This document shows positions 35,446 through 48,050 of a DNA stretch of 64,000 nucleotides, in pieces (position 1 is the stretch's first letter; each line of letters opens with the position of its first letter). The stretch lies in the NCBI GenBank assembly GCA_951406725.2, contig OX597833.1, forward strand, positions 24,180,001 through 24,244,000. The letters run 5' to 3'. The notes under the pieces were generated by a model. That model was not told the DNA's origin, did no database searches, and worked only from the letters and a program-made list of their open reading frames with translations. This DNA is from Octopus vulgaris. Its lineage: Eukaryota. The position numbers and the translations under genes were made by a program.

Positions 35446-38400
35446 TTTTGTTAAAATAGAACAGAAATAATGATATGATCAAAACTAGTTAAAGGATACA
35501 CCCTTAAAAATGGATTTGTTCCATTGGTCCTTTCAAATAACGGTCTTAGGCATGTGATAAACAAAATAAATGAATTCAATATAAATTCAACCTATTATGA
35601 AAAAAATCGAGGAAAAAACCTTAAATCGAAGAGTGTATTCAAAATACATATTGTCAATAATTATGAAATATAATTCGATTAATACAATTAATACATTAAA
35701 AATTAAAATATTTTACAACAGTATATACACATACTAAACCATCAATATACATATATACATCAAAATACACAGATGGATATACAGACCACATACATATGCA
35801 GACATATATATGAAAGATGTAAATATATGGTTGTGCCCCAGCGGTGGTGCCCCAGCATGGCCACAGCCTTCGTGCTAAAACATTTTTAAGGATTTAAGGA
35901 TTTATACACACAAATACACATATACATATGTATACATATGTACGCAATCTTCCCCGTACGCAAAAACTACTTGGTGTATACATATAGACTAGAAGTAAAA
36001 TGCAGAGAGGGGAAAAAAAAGAAAAAGAAAAGGTAAGGATCTTATAAGCAACAGTTAGCTAAAGAAGTAAGAGAAGGGGAGGGGCACGTAAAGTTAAAGG
36101 ACTCTATACAAGTAACAAATAGGTGGAGAAAAAATACTTTTCTGTAAGGAAGGAAAGGAAGAAGGAAAGAAGGCAGAATATGCATAACGAACGTACACAA
36201 AATAAAATTATGTATACATGTGTGTATAAAAGAGTATATTAGCAATAAATACACATATAAGAACACATATGTAAATATATGGAAATAAGTGCGTAAATAC
36301 ACATCCACACAAATTCAAGTGAAATACATGCATACATATGCATCCATGTATGTATGTGCGTAAATATAAACATACATGCTTACTTATACATATACATAGG
36401 CGCATACATATGAAAACATATCCATGCCAACAATACAAACATCCACATAAAAACATGTCTAGGTCCTGATGTATATACAAACAAAATTATTTAAAAAAAT
36501 TGCTGAGTGTATAATAATAAAATATGGATAAAAGACATGCAAAATAGAACACCCTATATTGAATTATCTATAAATAAAACAATTAAAATAGGTTTATAAA
36601 ATGAAATAAAATAAAAGCAGAATCTTAAGCAAGAAAAGATTTTCTTTTTTAAGATTCTGCTTGAACCAAGTGAAATTGTAGTTGTGGCCAATGCCAGTGC
36701 TGCTTGACTGGCACCCATGCCGGTGGCATGCAAAATGCATTATTTGAGCATGGCCGATTCCAGTGTCACCTGACTGGTACTCATGTCAGTGGCATGTAAA
36801 AAGCACCATTCAAGCATGGCTGATGCCAGTGCTGGTGGCACATAAAAAGCACCATTCAAGCATGACTGATGCCAGTGCTGCCTGACTGGCACCCATGCTT
36901 TGACACGTAAAAACACCCACTACACTCTCAGAGTGGTTGGTGTTAGGAAGGGCATCCAGCTGCCATGGGAGGAGGAGGAGAGATGAGTGAGTGAGGAGTG
37001 CCTGTATAGAGTCAGCACAAGATCAGTAAACTCTGAGGAGCACAGTGGTTATTATTGTTGTGGAAGAAAAAACAAAGGGAGGATAGAGAGAGAGCATACC
37101 CGAGGGTCAGAGACCGAATGACATAAAAGCTGTGAGTGACTTAATAGCAATCTGCCAAGTGGCCTTTCTCTGGAAGCAGCCTGGGATGCTTGGGTGTGCA
37201 ATAGTAGCAATGCTATGTCCTAAAAGTGGGAGCAATACTTGATTGTGGACCAAACCCAAACTGTGTAGATTGTCAGTGATTGTGGGGCGGGAGGTGGGCG
37301 CTGAAGTATTTTCCAGTTTGTAATATAGTGAATTGGAAAAACTTCAATCGTTGACAAAATTTCTCTCTCAGAGTTAAGCGTGTTTTAAACTCTCAAGGCA
37401 CAAAGCAAGGGAGGTAACTCTAAAGAAATGATTTCTAAGTACTAAGCATAAATAGGTACAGTATAGCTGAATGGTTAAGGAATTCCTTTAGCAGCCGCAT
37501 GCAGTTGGGTTCAATTCTGTTGTGTGGCATGTTGGGCAAATGTCGCTTCCTATAGCTTTGTGTTGACCTTTATGTAGAGAGTGAAATTCGGTAGATGGAA
37601 AGTGTATAGAAAGATTGTTGAGAGGATTGTACTTGTATTTCAAAAGTACAACTTTGTTACACAGCTACTTACACATTAACTGAAGAGGAGGTAATTCAGT
37701 TGACCGACAGAGATGGACTAAATAAATCTCGGATTTGGGGAGAGGAATTAATCATTTAAATCCACCCCCTCTACTTGACTGATACTTTATCAATCCCAGA
37801 TGGTTGAAAGGCAAAGTTGACTGTGGAATTTGAACTCAGAATGTGAAGAGCATAATCTTATAAGATTTTAGGGAAATGTAAAGAATGCAATTAAGAGTGG
37901 GTCTTGTTACATTTAAAGCAAATATTCCCAGTGATTGACTACCAACACCTCCAGTCTTGGGTTCCAATACCCTAAGTTAAGGAAGCCTGCTCCATGCAGC
38001 CACTTGGTTTGCTTGAAAACAGCAAAAGAAATCTCTTTCAGAGTCTTATTTTAAAATGTTAAAAAATATAATAAAATAAAAATATATTGTTAAAAAAATA
38101 TAAAATGAAATAAAAAAAAAAAGGAAAAGGAACAACTCTATTGCTGGTCAAAAATTAGACAATTCAACTATGACCACCCAATCAGCATGGTGAACATGTG
38201 AAGTCTTCTGTAGGGTAATGGTAGGAAATATCTGGAGAAGTCAGACCTAGAGGTTTCACCAGTTTTCTACTTTCTGTCACTGTATATTTGCCATTATATG
38301 TCAAGGAACCCAATAAGGAGCTTCTATGCAAGAAACAGCAGTTAAATCATCCTCAGATCACATCCTATTGTCTTTAAAAAATACTGGATAAATACACAAT

Positions 38401-40035
38401 TTGATTAAATAACTGGTAAGTCAGTAGTGTTTGTTTTTCATACTAAACTTTACTATAAATTTCAGCCTTCACTTCATATGTAAACTAATTTAAACCAATT
38501 AGACACATTGAATGACCATCATGTGTATAAAAATTTGACTGTGGACAGAAAAAGGGGAGGTCAATATGTTTATATTCTCGTCAGTAATTATTGAATTCAC
38601 TCTTACCTAACAATTATGAAATTGTGTTTAAAGCCATAATTATTAGATAAATTATTAGTCATAGAAACCAAGCCAAAAAGGCGGTGAACTGGCAGAAACG
38701 TTAGCACGCTGGGCAAAATGCTTTACGGTATTTCGTCTGCCATTACGTTCTGAGTACAAATTCCGCCAAGGTCAACTTTGCCTTTCATCCTTTCGGGGTT
38801 GATTAAATAAGTACCAGTTACGCACTGGAGTCGATATAATTGACGTAATCCGTTTGTCTGTCCTTGTTTGTCCCCTCTATGTTTAGCCCCTTGTGGGCAA
38901 TAAAGAAATAAGAATCCAAGCCAAATCAGACTGGAGCTTTGTGCAGCTCTCCAGCTTACCAGCTCCAGTTAAACCATCTAACCAATGCCAGAATGGACAG
39001 TGGCTGTTGAATGATGATGATGATGATTTTTCTTCTAAAGCAGGTAGACCAATCAAAATATTTGACATACTTTTGGCTGTCAATTTAATTAAATAAATTA
39101 CTGATATGTCACATGGTTTTAAATACATTTGCATAGGCTTCAGTTAAGAGTTGGGAGATGAGAATGTAAAAATGTTTGACAGTATAGTCTACTTGATTCT
39201 TTTCTTTCTGTCTATAAGTACAACAGCCATTTATGACTGACCAGTGTATCTGATAAATTTAATTAATTTTATAAATGCAGTGACAGCAAAAACCTAAGGA
39301 TTTTTGTGAAGTTTAGTATGTAGAGGATGGTCATACCTGGAACACATTTGGTGCTGGGTCTGTTTGATCATTATTAACCTAGGGTTGAATAGCTCTAATA
39401 GCAATGTGCTACATAATTGTTAAGCAGGGTCAACCAGTTTAGAAGAGAGTAAGTGGTATCTACATGACCACAACAACAGCTTCCACAACAATAACGAGAA
39501 CAATAGCTGCAACAACAATAAGAACAACAGTAACAGCTACAGAAATAAGAACAACAGTAAACAGCTGCAACAACAATAACAAAATTTTCCACACTGACAA
39601 CAATAACAACAGCCATAAGTATACAATTATCAACAACAACAACAATACTGGATCTACAAGGGCGACAAAAATTCAATCATGATGCACACATGTGTCACCC
39701 TCTCTCTTTCTCTCTTACACACATACACACACAAATAGATATTCAGACACATGACAAAGCTTCTATTTATCAGCTGGCTGGCTAGATATAACAGCCATTC
39801 TCTCAAATCAGAACATATGGAATAAGGCAGTCCTTGGTGCACTGTGTCTGAACAAAAAAAAAAAAACCCAACAAAAAACAAGCCAAAGGATTTACAATAC
39901 AGGAATACCATTTAGTGCAGGTCTGCTCAATGTGGGCTGAACTGGAGAGGGAGACGGAGGAAGAAGAGAAGAAGAACAACAATCACACACACATGTATAC
40001 ACAAGATTAACAATGAAGATAAGTTTTCTACTCAC

Positions 40036-40141
40036 GGAATACGTTTATGTTGCAAAACCAGTCTGGTTCTTTCAGCAAAAGGACAGAACCTCATACTGTA
40101 GAGACGCAAAGTACCTGTCTCTAGTTTAGGACATTTGCTTC
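40036..40141 (-). CDS. GSTO1: GST omega exon 2 ([36 protein letters not shown]), catalytic Cys codon at 40083..40085
   Basis: Manual translation gives the omega signature [16 protein letters not shown]; ccag| acceptor and |gtgag donor; 106 bp, phase 1 to 2; missed by the ORF track. Confidence 0.95.
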
Positions 40142-40617
40142 CTGGTTTGGAGTAGAAGAAAACAATAGAGATTACACTTCGTTCTTGTATTTAGTTTGCA
40201 AGATTCTCGATGTGAGTTCATGTGTTGAAACAAATTGTGTCTTGGGAGAGGCATTACACCAATAATAATGGCTTCATATTTTAACACAAGGCCAGTAATT
40301 TCGGGGGAGGGGTTAAGCTAACTACATCGAGCCTAGTGTCCAACTGGTACTTATTTTATCGACTCTGAAAGCATGAAAGGAAAGTTGGCCTCAGCAGAAT
40401 TTGAACTCAGAACATAAAGACAGATGAAATGCTGCTAAGCATTTTGGCCACTGTGCTAACGATTCTGTCAAGCTCACCACCTTAATTACACCAATAATAA
40501 CACATGCACTGGTTCAATACCACTTCTTTATTGTTAGTTAATTGGATTGTGACCCTTTCAATGACATAGTGTCTGAGTGAGAGAGTATGTCACCGAGTCA
40601 CTGAAAAGATAATAAAC

Positions 40618-41012
40618 AGCAGGAGTGGCTGTGTGGTAAGTAGCTTGCTTATGAACCACATGGTTCTGGGTTCAGTCCCACTGCATGGCACTTTGGGCAA
40701 GTGTCTTCTACTATAGCCTCAGGCCGACCAAAGCCTTGTGAGTGGATTTGGTAGACGGAAACTGAAAGAAGCCCATCGTATATATGTATATGTATATATA
40801 TGTGTGTGTGTTTGTCCCTCCACCATCACTTGACAACTGATGCTGGTGTGTTTACGTCCCTGTAACTTCGCAGTTAGGCAAAAGAGTCCAAGAGAATAAG
40901 TACTAGGCTTACAAAGAATAAGTCCTGGGGTTGATTTGCTTGACTAAAGGCGGTGCTCCAGCATGGCCACAGTCAAATGACTGAAACAAGTAAAAGAGTG
41001 AAAGAGTAAAAG
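40618..41012 (+). mobile_element. tRNA-derived SINE family B, full copy (others at 2575, 30200, 34250 on +; 8850, 29915, 33825, 35003 on -)
   Basis: gagtggctgtgtggtaagtagcttgc..gggttcagtccc head, internal (TA)/(TG) tract, 3' gactgaaacaagtaaaagag tail. Confidence 0.85.
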
Positions 41013-42883
41013 AGCAATGAAGGAACTTTGATGAACAAATAACCGATTTATTGGTTAAACAGTGCATTGAACAAACAATTGATTAGTTAGTTGGTAAGAT
41101 ATTTAACCAATTAACTGACAATACAGAAATGGAATTGATAATAAAAACTAATAATAACAGACATGGGTGCATGTTATTATTATTGGCTTAACCATTTAGT
41201 GCAGGTCTGCTTAATGTGGGCTGAACATTGAGCAGACCTGCACTAAATAGAGATTATACATACACACCTATATCATTATCATCTAACATCTATTTATCCA
41301 TGCTTGCACAGGTCAGTCAGAATTTGTTGAAGTAGATTTTTAATGGTTGAATGATCTTCCTGCCATCAAGTTTTATCTGTTTGTAAGTAATGTAATATTT
41401 CCCCATGGAAGACAGGAAATGATCAAGATTGTTTGTGTGATGCTGATACTCATTTACAATCATCACACGTCAAAACAAGGGTACACACAAACACACACAT
41501 ATGTACATATATGATGAGTTCATTTCAGTCTCTTCCAACCAAATCCACTCATATTGTTTTGTTTGGCTTAGGGCTATAGTAGAAGACACACAGGAGTACT
41601 GGGATGGAACCCAAGACCATCTGGTTGTGAAGCAAGATTCTTAATTACATAGCCAGGATTGTACCTCACACACACACCAATACCATCATCCTTTTATCAT
41701 CTTTTCATTTTAATGACTGCTTTTCCATGCTTGCATGGGTTGAATAGAGTCAAGTGAGGCAGATTTTCTATCGTTGGATGCCCTTCCTGTAGCCAACCTT
41801 AATCTGTTTCCAATGACTAGACCTGTTACACACAGGAAATGAATGACACAGGTTGTATGACAGTGACAATCATTTACAAATACATGACATCAAGACAAGG
41901 AGACACAAATGTGTGCACACACATGATGGGCTTCTTTCAGTTTCCATCCATCAAATCTATTCACAATACTGTGATCAGCCCTATAGTAAAATATACATGC
42001 CCAAGGAACCAAGGTGTATATGGCACCTTGGCCTAGTGTCTTCCACTATAATCCCAGGTTGACCAAAGCCTTCTTACTGGATTTGGTAGAAGGAAACTCA
42101 AAGAAGCCCATGTGTGTACATGTGTGTGTGTGTGTGTTTGAGTGTTCCCTAGTCTTCATATCATGTGGTAGTCATAAATGAAGGCCACATGAGAAAATGT
42201 AAGCTGTTTCAATAAACTCTGCCTGACTCATGCAGACATGGAGAAGTGGAGGTTAAAATGACAATTATGATGATCAACATCATATATATATATATATATA
42301 TGCGTGTGTGTGTGTGTGTGTGTAGATAGATATAGATATATATATATACAAATATTATAAATACATGTATAATATCCATATAACATATATAATACATATG
42401 TATATATATTATATTGTATCTATATAATATATCATCATCATCATATCATTTAACATCTGTTTTTCATGCTAGCATGGGTTGGATGGTTTGACAGAAGGCT
42501 GCATTCAACCACAGTCGTAGGTGTAGGCATGGTTTCAACAGCTGGATGCTCTTCCTAACACCAACCATTTTACAGACTGCCCTAGTAGCATTTTATGTGG
42601 TGCCAGTTTGGGTGCTTATTATGTGGCACCAGTATGAGTGCTTTTATATGTGGAGCCAGGATGGGTGCCTTTTACATATGATATACACGTGTGTGTATAC
42701 ATACATTCATACATGTATATTCAAACATACAATAATGATAAATGAAAATATCACAAATACCATTTGTGATAGATATTATCAATTTATTGAAATTATTTTC
42801 TCTTCAGAGAAAACCAAACAAATGCCTGATGGTAAACAGCCACCAACTCACTCCAAAAAAAGAAAGTGAAATAATCTCAGCAC

Positions 42884-43310
42884 CATCCGAGTGTGATCGT
42901 TGGCAGAGCAGCTAACTGGCTTCCGTGCTGGTGGTATGTAAAAAGCACCATTTGAGCGTGAACGTTGCCAGTGTTGCCTACTGGCACTTGTGCTGGTGGC
43001 ATGTGAAAAAAAACATTCGAGTGAGGTTGTTGCCAGTTTCACTGAGACTGGCTCCTGTGCAGGTGGCACGTATAAAAACACCATTTGAGCGTGGCCGTTG
43101 CCAGTACCGCCTGACTGGCCCTTATGCCGGTGGCATGTAAAATCACCCACTAAACTCTCAGGGTGGTTGGCGTTAGGAAGGGCATTAAGCTGTAGAAACT
43201 CTGCCAGATCAAGATTGGAGCCTGGTGCAGCCATCTGGTTCGTCAGTCCTCAGTCAAATGGTCCAACCCATGCTAGAATGGAAAGCAGATGTTAAACAAT
43301 GATGATGATG
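42884..43310 (+). mobile_element. SINE-like element with RTE-type 3' end, (GAT)n tail and internal ~55-60 bp tandem units (others at 4070, 16635, 17310, 18917, 23180, 36680)
   Basis: ggttggcgttaggaagggcat..ccaacccatgc..gttaaac(gat)n; internal repeats gccagt..actggc..gtggcatgtaaaa. Confidence 0.75.
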
Positions 43311-43991
43311 ATTATGAATCAAAAATTCACTAAAGTTGACATGCCATTAAGGAAAAGACAGGTTGGTGATCTAGAGACAAGATGACAGCTATGCACATGT
43401 TTCTGCCTCAGTGGGCAGCATCTGCACAGTAGTTGCTTATTGTTCTTTCAATGGAAAAATAATTTCAAGAAATCTAGAATTTATCTTGCATGGTATTTGA
43501 TATTCTTATATTAGTTTCTCTTGTTCATATTCATTGTCACTGGCGACTATGAAACATTTCTCTGAGTTCATTATCACTTGAAATATGCAAATTAACCAAG
43601 GTCATAAAAGTTTTCAATTTTTTTTTGTTTATGTTTAAGTATTTTGTTTGCTGGATTGAATATAGAACAACTGGTGAACTGATGATCCCTATATAGGTAG
43701 AAACATGTGCCCACAGATAGCCTCTTATCTTCTTTGTGGCATGTCTATTTCAGAGAATTTTTGATTCTTAAATGATGCTGATATACAAATGTGTGTGTAT
43801 GTGTGAGCATATATATGTACATTAATACAAGGTGTGTAAGATATTTGAGGACATTTATGTTCATAAAAACGGATATATGATAACAGATAATAACTTTATT
43901 TATCAAAAAATGCTATGAAGATAAAAATAAACTTTTTTTTCTATAGTGTTATTCAAGAAAGTCTCTAAACTGAACAATTACCCCTTCCTTT

Positions 43992-44382
43992 GGATCTTTT
44001 CGGTTTGAACGGCAGTTTTTAAAAATAATTTCCACGTAACTAAACACTTTTAAACTTCGTATACTGGTAGAATGTGTTTATAAAACATCTTTTTCTCTTG
44101 GCTTTATTGAGAAAATTCTATAGTTTGTAAGATATTTGTTGTTTTTTTCTTCAATTTCAACCAATCAATGACGTCTGTTGAGGTGAAAACATTCTGTGCC
44201 GTATGAATATGTCCCCCGTTTAAGAAACAGATTGGGTTTATTTACATTTCTGAAGAAAAAAATACCTTTCCCCCACCCCTAAAACAGATGAAATGCAATA
44301 GATCGATACTAGGGTCATAATTATGGGTGACAATTCCATATGACACCGCTAGAAAAAACTGCCGTTCAAACCGAAAAGATCC
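43992..44382. mobile_element. MITE with 29-bp perfect TIRs and probable 8-bp TSD
   Basis: ggatcttttcggtttgaacggcagttttt / aaaaactgccgttcaaaccgaaaagatcc; flanks cttccttt / cttccctt (1 mismatch). Confidence 0.85.
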
Positions 44383-45656
44383 CTTCCCTTTTCTAAAGGA
44401 AGAGAGCTAGTGAGGTTTGACAACTGATTCTAACAGATTGAACATTAAACTGTGAAGGCTTAGAACGACTTTAATAAGTTTGTTTGAATAGAGCGATCGA
44501 CAGGGTCACACAACCTGGAGGGAATAGCAACCGAATCTTTTTTCAAATAATGCTCTAACGGCTTGTAAAATGTATAATGTAGTCCTAGATACTCTATGTC
44601 TGAAAGAAAAAAGAAGGAAGGTCAGTGTTAGAATGTCTTTGATCAGAGCTCTGTTGGATCAGTTTTGAAAACAAAACAAAAAAGAAACTGGCAAATTGTA
44701 TCGTGGATGACACACGCCAGTCGATCTGTTAGAAATAGAAGCTAAATTTCCCCCCATCAAAACCTACCGAAGATTCTTAAAACAATGGATAACGTAGTCC
44801 TCTGCACTATATCTAAAAAGGAAAAGAGAAAAAGAGAAAACACTGGATAGTTACGGCTGGAACGCGTTTGATCAAAGATCAGCTCGCTTAAATCTGACCT
44901 GGGGTTAAATAGTAAGAAGGGCAACCATTGTATTGCAGAAGTAATGATGGTTACATTACGTGGTTGCTCGAGCTGCATGAAATAGCAGCTAAATATCGCT
45001 CAAATTACAACCTACTATCTTGAAATAAAAGATAAATACATTGGTTAAGGTAATCCTACTGACTACACACCGGCTAAAATGGGAACCTCTTAATGCTCAT
45101 TCGAAATGTTAGAAATATCAGCCAAATCTTTCTGAAATAAAGAACATAGTTATTGTTAGAGAGGGTAGGGTGGAACTTTGTAACGCCGACAAAAATTATG
45201 AACGACACCGCTCCCCTACAACCGGTGATTGCTCTAGAATACATACATACATACATATATCACGTGACCGACCAGACCATCAGATGTTGTTACACATCGC
45301 TGGTCACAATGCGTTCGCATTGTTTTAGCCTTTGAATGACGCCACCCCGCTGGCTAAGCGAGCAGGCCACATACATACATATATATATAGTAGGTTAAGC
45401 CTGTAATACGTTGGTTAACAACGTCCTTATTTACAAAATAGAGGTGCGCATATTAGAAATGTGTCAAACTCCACGAATAAAGTATTATGCGTAGAATCCC
45501 AGAATGTTTTCTGGTTAATTAATTCAGCTTACTTAATCTTACTAGTTACTTACCTAAAATTACTTATATGTAAATTGGGCGGATGTAACGTTTCTATTTT
45601 ACGTACATATTCGACAAAATAATCTCTCTCTCTCTCCACACACATAATATATATAT

Positions 45657-45726
<70 letters not shown>

Positions 45727-45744
45727 TTGTATTTAATTCCCTAC

Positions 45745-45772
45745 CTTTTGTATAAGCCTGCTCGGTTACCAT
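45745..45772 (-). CDS. GSTO1: Omega-class glutathione S-transferase, coding exon 1 (MVTEQAYTK-G); in-frame upstream ATG at 45859 adds 29 aa
   Basis: gcaagcATGG Kozak context; donor AAG|GTAGGG is phase 1 and matches the phase-1 acceptor of exon 2 (G|GA = Gly); short first exon ending K-G resembles GSTO N-termini. Confidence 0.75.
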
Positions 45773-46300
45773 GCTTGCGTATGTTGACAACTTGCGTAGA
45801 GCTTCCCTGGCAGTAAACTGCAAGCCTGACTTAAAACAAGCTTGATTTTGCGCGAACATTTTACTTGTTTATACCAGCCACTAATAACAGCTCAATTACT
45901 TTTAACTCCTTCCCGATCGTTAATAACCTGGGCGACAATAATGTCGTTGAGACATATGGAATTACGAGAGTGCTAACTACTACTACTACTACCACTACCA
46001 CTACTATCATATGGAGGGTGCAAAGTTCATCTAAGACATAATGTCGGCAGTTTCGACATGTTGTTTAGCCGTAGGCCAACTTCAATCGAGATCTGTAACA
46101 AAAGATGTATCCTCTTGTGGCCACCACGCCAGTTCCTTCTTGAGTATGTATATGTGTGTGTGTGACTACATTAACCAATGACCACTTGCCCTATTTACAA
46201 CAGAAAAGTGTAATTTGAGGGAGATTTGACTATCTTAAGCTGGTGAAGTGGCCACATATGGACGCTACCTAATTAGCTCGCCAATACTAGTTTAATTTAA

Positions 46301-46690
46301 GGCGGTGAGCTGGCAGAATCGTTAGCACGCCGGACGAAATGCTAAGCGGTTTTTCGTCTGCCGTTACGTTCTAAGTTCAAATTCCGCCGTGGTCGACTTT
46401 GCCTTGGGGTCGATTGAATAAGTTCCAGTTGCGTACTGGAGTCGATCTAATCAGCTGCCCACCTCCCTCCAAATTTCAGGCCTTGTGCCTAGAGTAGAAA
46501 AGAATTGTTAGCACGCTGGGCAAAATGCTGGCGTTGCATTCGTCTTTGAGTTCAAATTCCACCGAGGTCGATTTTACCTTTCATCCCTTTCGGCGTCGAT
46601 AAAATAAAAATACCAGTTGAACACTGGGGTCGATATAATCGACTTAGCGCATACCCCCAAAATGCTGGCCTATTTCCAAAACTTGAAACT
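46301..46690 (+). mobile_element. tRNA-derived SINE family A, two tandem copies
   Basis: ggcggtgagctggcagaatcgttagc..gttcaaattcc A/B-box-like head; many dispersed copies (1256, 22100, 38681, 40280, 54670). Confidence 0.8.
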
Positions 46691-47719
46691 AATCTTTCTT
46701 GTTTATTTACGTGAGCTGGTTATTTAATTCCTGCTTAATGGATCAGACCTTTGATAAAATGCATTCCAGCCCTGATTATCACGTCTTTTATTCAAACACA
46801 ATGTATTTAATGTGTCCCTTATTTTATAAGACGGTATGGAACGATGTGAGTATGATTTGTTTACTATTTCTAGCAAGCTGAACGACCACATAAATGCTTC
46901 CCTTGTTATCTCTCGCTGCTTATCTCACGTCAACCTAGTTCTCTAGGCTTATCACGGATTGATCTGTGATAATACGGGTCGGCGATGAGTCGAAGATTCT
47001 GTTTCTACTGTAAAAAGTGAACTCCAGCGTCCACACATGCTGCTCAGCTACCTAGAAAGCCCTCACTATTGTTTATGTTCACAAGGCTGTTCCACAAGGT
47101 AGTTTTAAACGGATTTACGCACTCTCACCCATCAATACAGAACCAGAGAACAACGACGACGACGAAGAAGAAAAAGAAGAAGAAGAAACGGAAGTGCCTG
47201 GTCCTTGATCAAGAAAGAACGTGAGGGTAAAGCTTCGTAACTGTGGGCCGCTAGTTTAATTCCAAAGAATCTAACATTCGTTCTGTTTACGAAGTGAGTG
47301 GAAACGATTCATTTATCATTGTGTTTTTTTGGTAACGAAATCTCCGTGATAAACGAGGATAGATGTACTGCCTCGTTGAAAATTACTCTGGGCACTCCAA
47401 CATACTGTGTTTGTCAATGTTGTTGTCTAGCCCCTAAACCAATCTTGACTGAAAAAAGGTAAACAGGAACAACTAACCAAAGGCATTTGAACCGTGACTA
47501 TCATTTAAGCGAGGAGCTCGATGGGATCTGTTCATCCCCGAGTGACGTTTTATGGGGTAAACACTCTTGGGTCTGCTGTTTCAGCCTGTATAGGCTGTCT
47601 TAGCCCGCCCGTCCGCCCGCCCGCCCGTCCGTCCGTCCGTCCATCCATCCATCCATCCATCCATCCATCCATCCATCCATCCATCCATCCACCCACCCAC
47701 CCAGCCAGCCAGCCATCTT

Positions 47720-48050
47720 CAACTACTATACATGGGATGGTTGTAGGGGATGTATCTCCAGAAGCAACTGTCATTACATTTTGCGACTGGATTCCCAAAT
47801 GAGATTATGGATATCACCCAAACATCTCGTTCTTGGTCTACCCTAGGATCTCCTGTCGGTTGACTCGAGTTGAAGAAACCGTCTTGCTGTTCTCTCTCGC
47901 GACATTCTTATCACATGTCCGTACTACCGGAGCTGTGACCTCTCAATGCGGAAAAGTAGCCGCTTGCCCTGAAGAGCTTGACCTGATTTCTGAGCTGCTT
48001 ACCCTGTTGAGTAACATTACGTTGATACAGCATGAGAATTATATTGAGGC
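47720..48050 (-). mobile_element. RTE-clade LINE 3' remnant
   Basis: Frameshifted LLNRVSSSEIR..FRIERSQLR*YGHVIRMSRERTARR...GRPRTR. Confidence 0.75.

Noticed and set aside
39464-39682. Thr-rich mucin-like ORF
   Set aside because: Degenerate (AAC)n microsatellite in GST intron 2
46301-46390. tRNA gene
   Set aside because: A/B-box-like head continues into SINE body and recurs in many decayed copies; no clean cloverleaf
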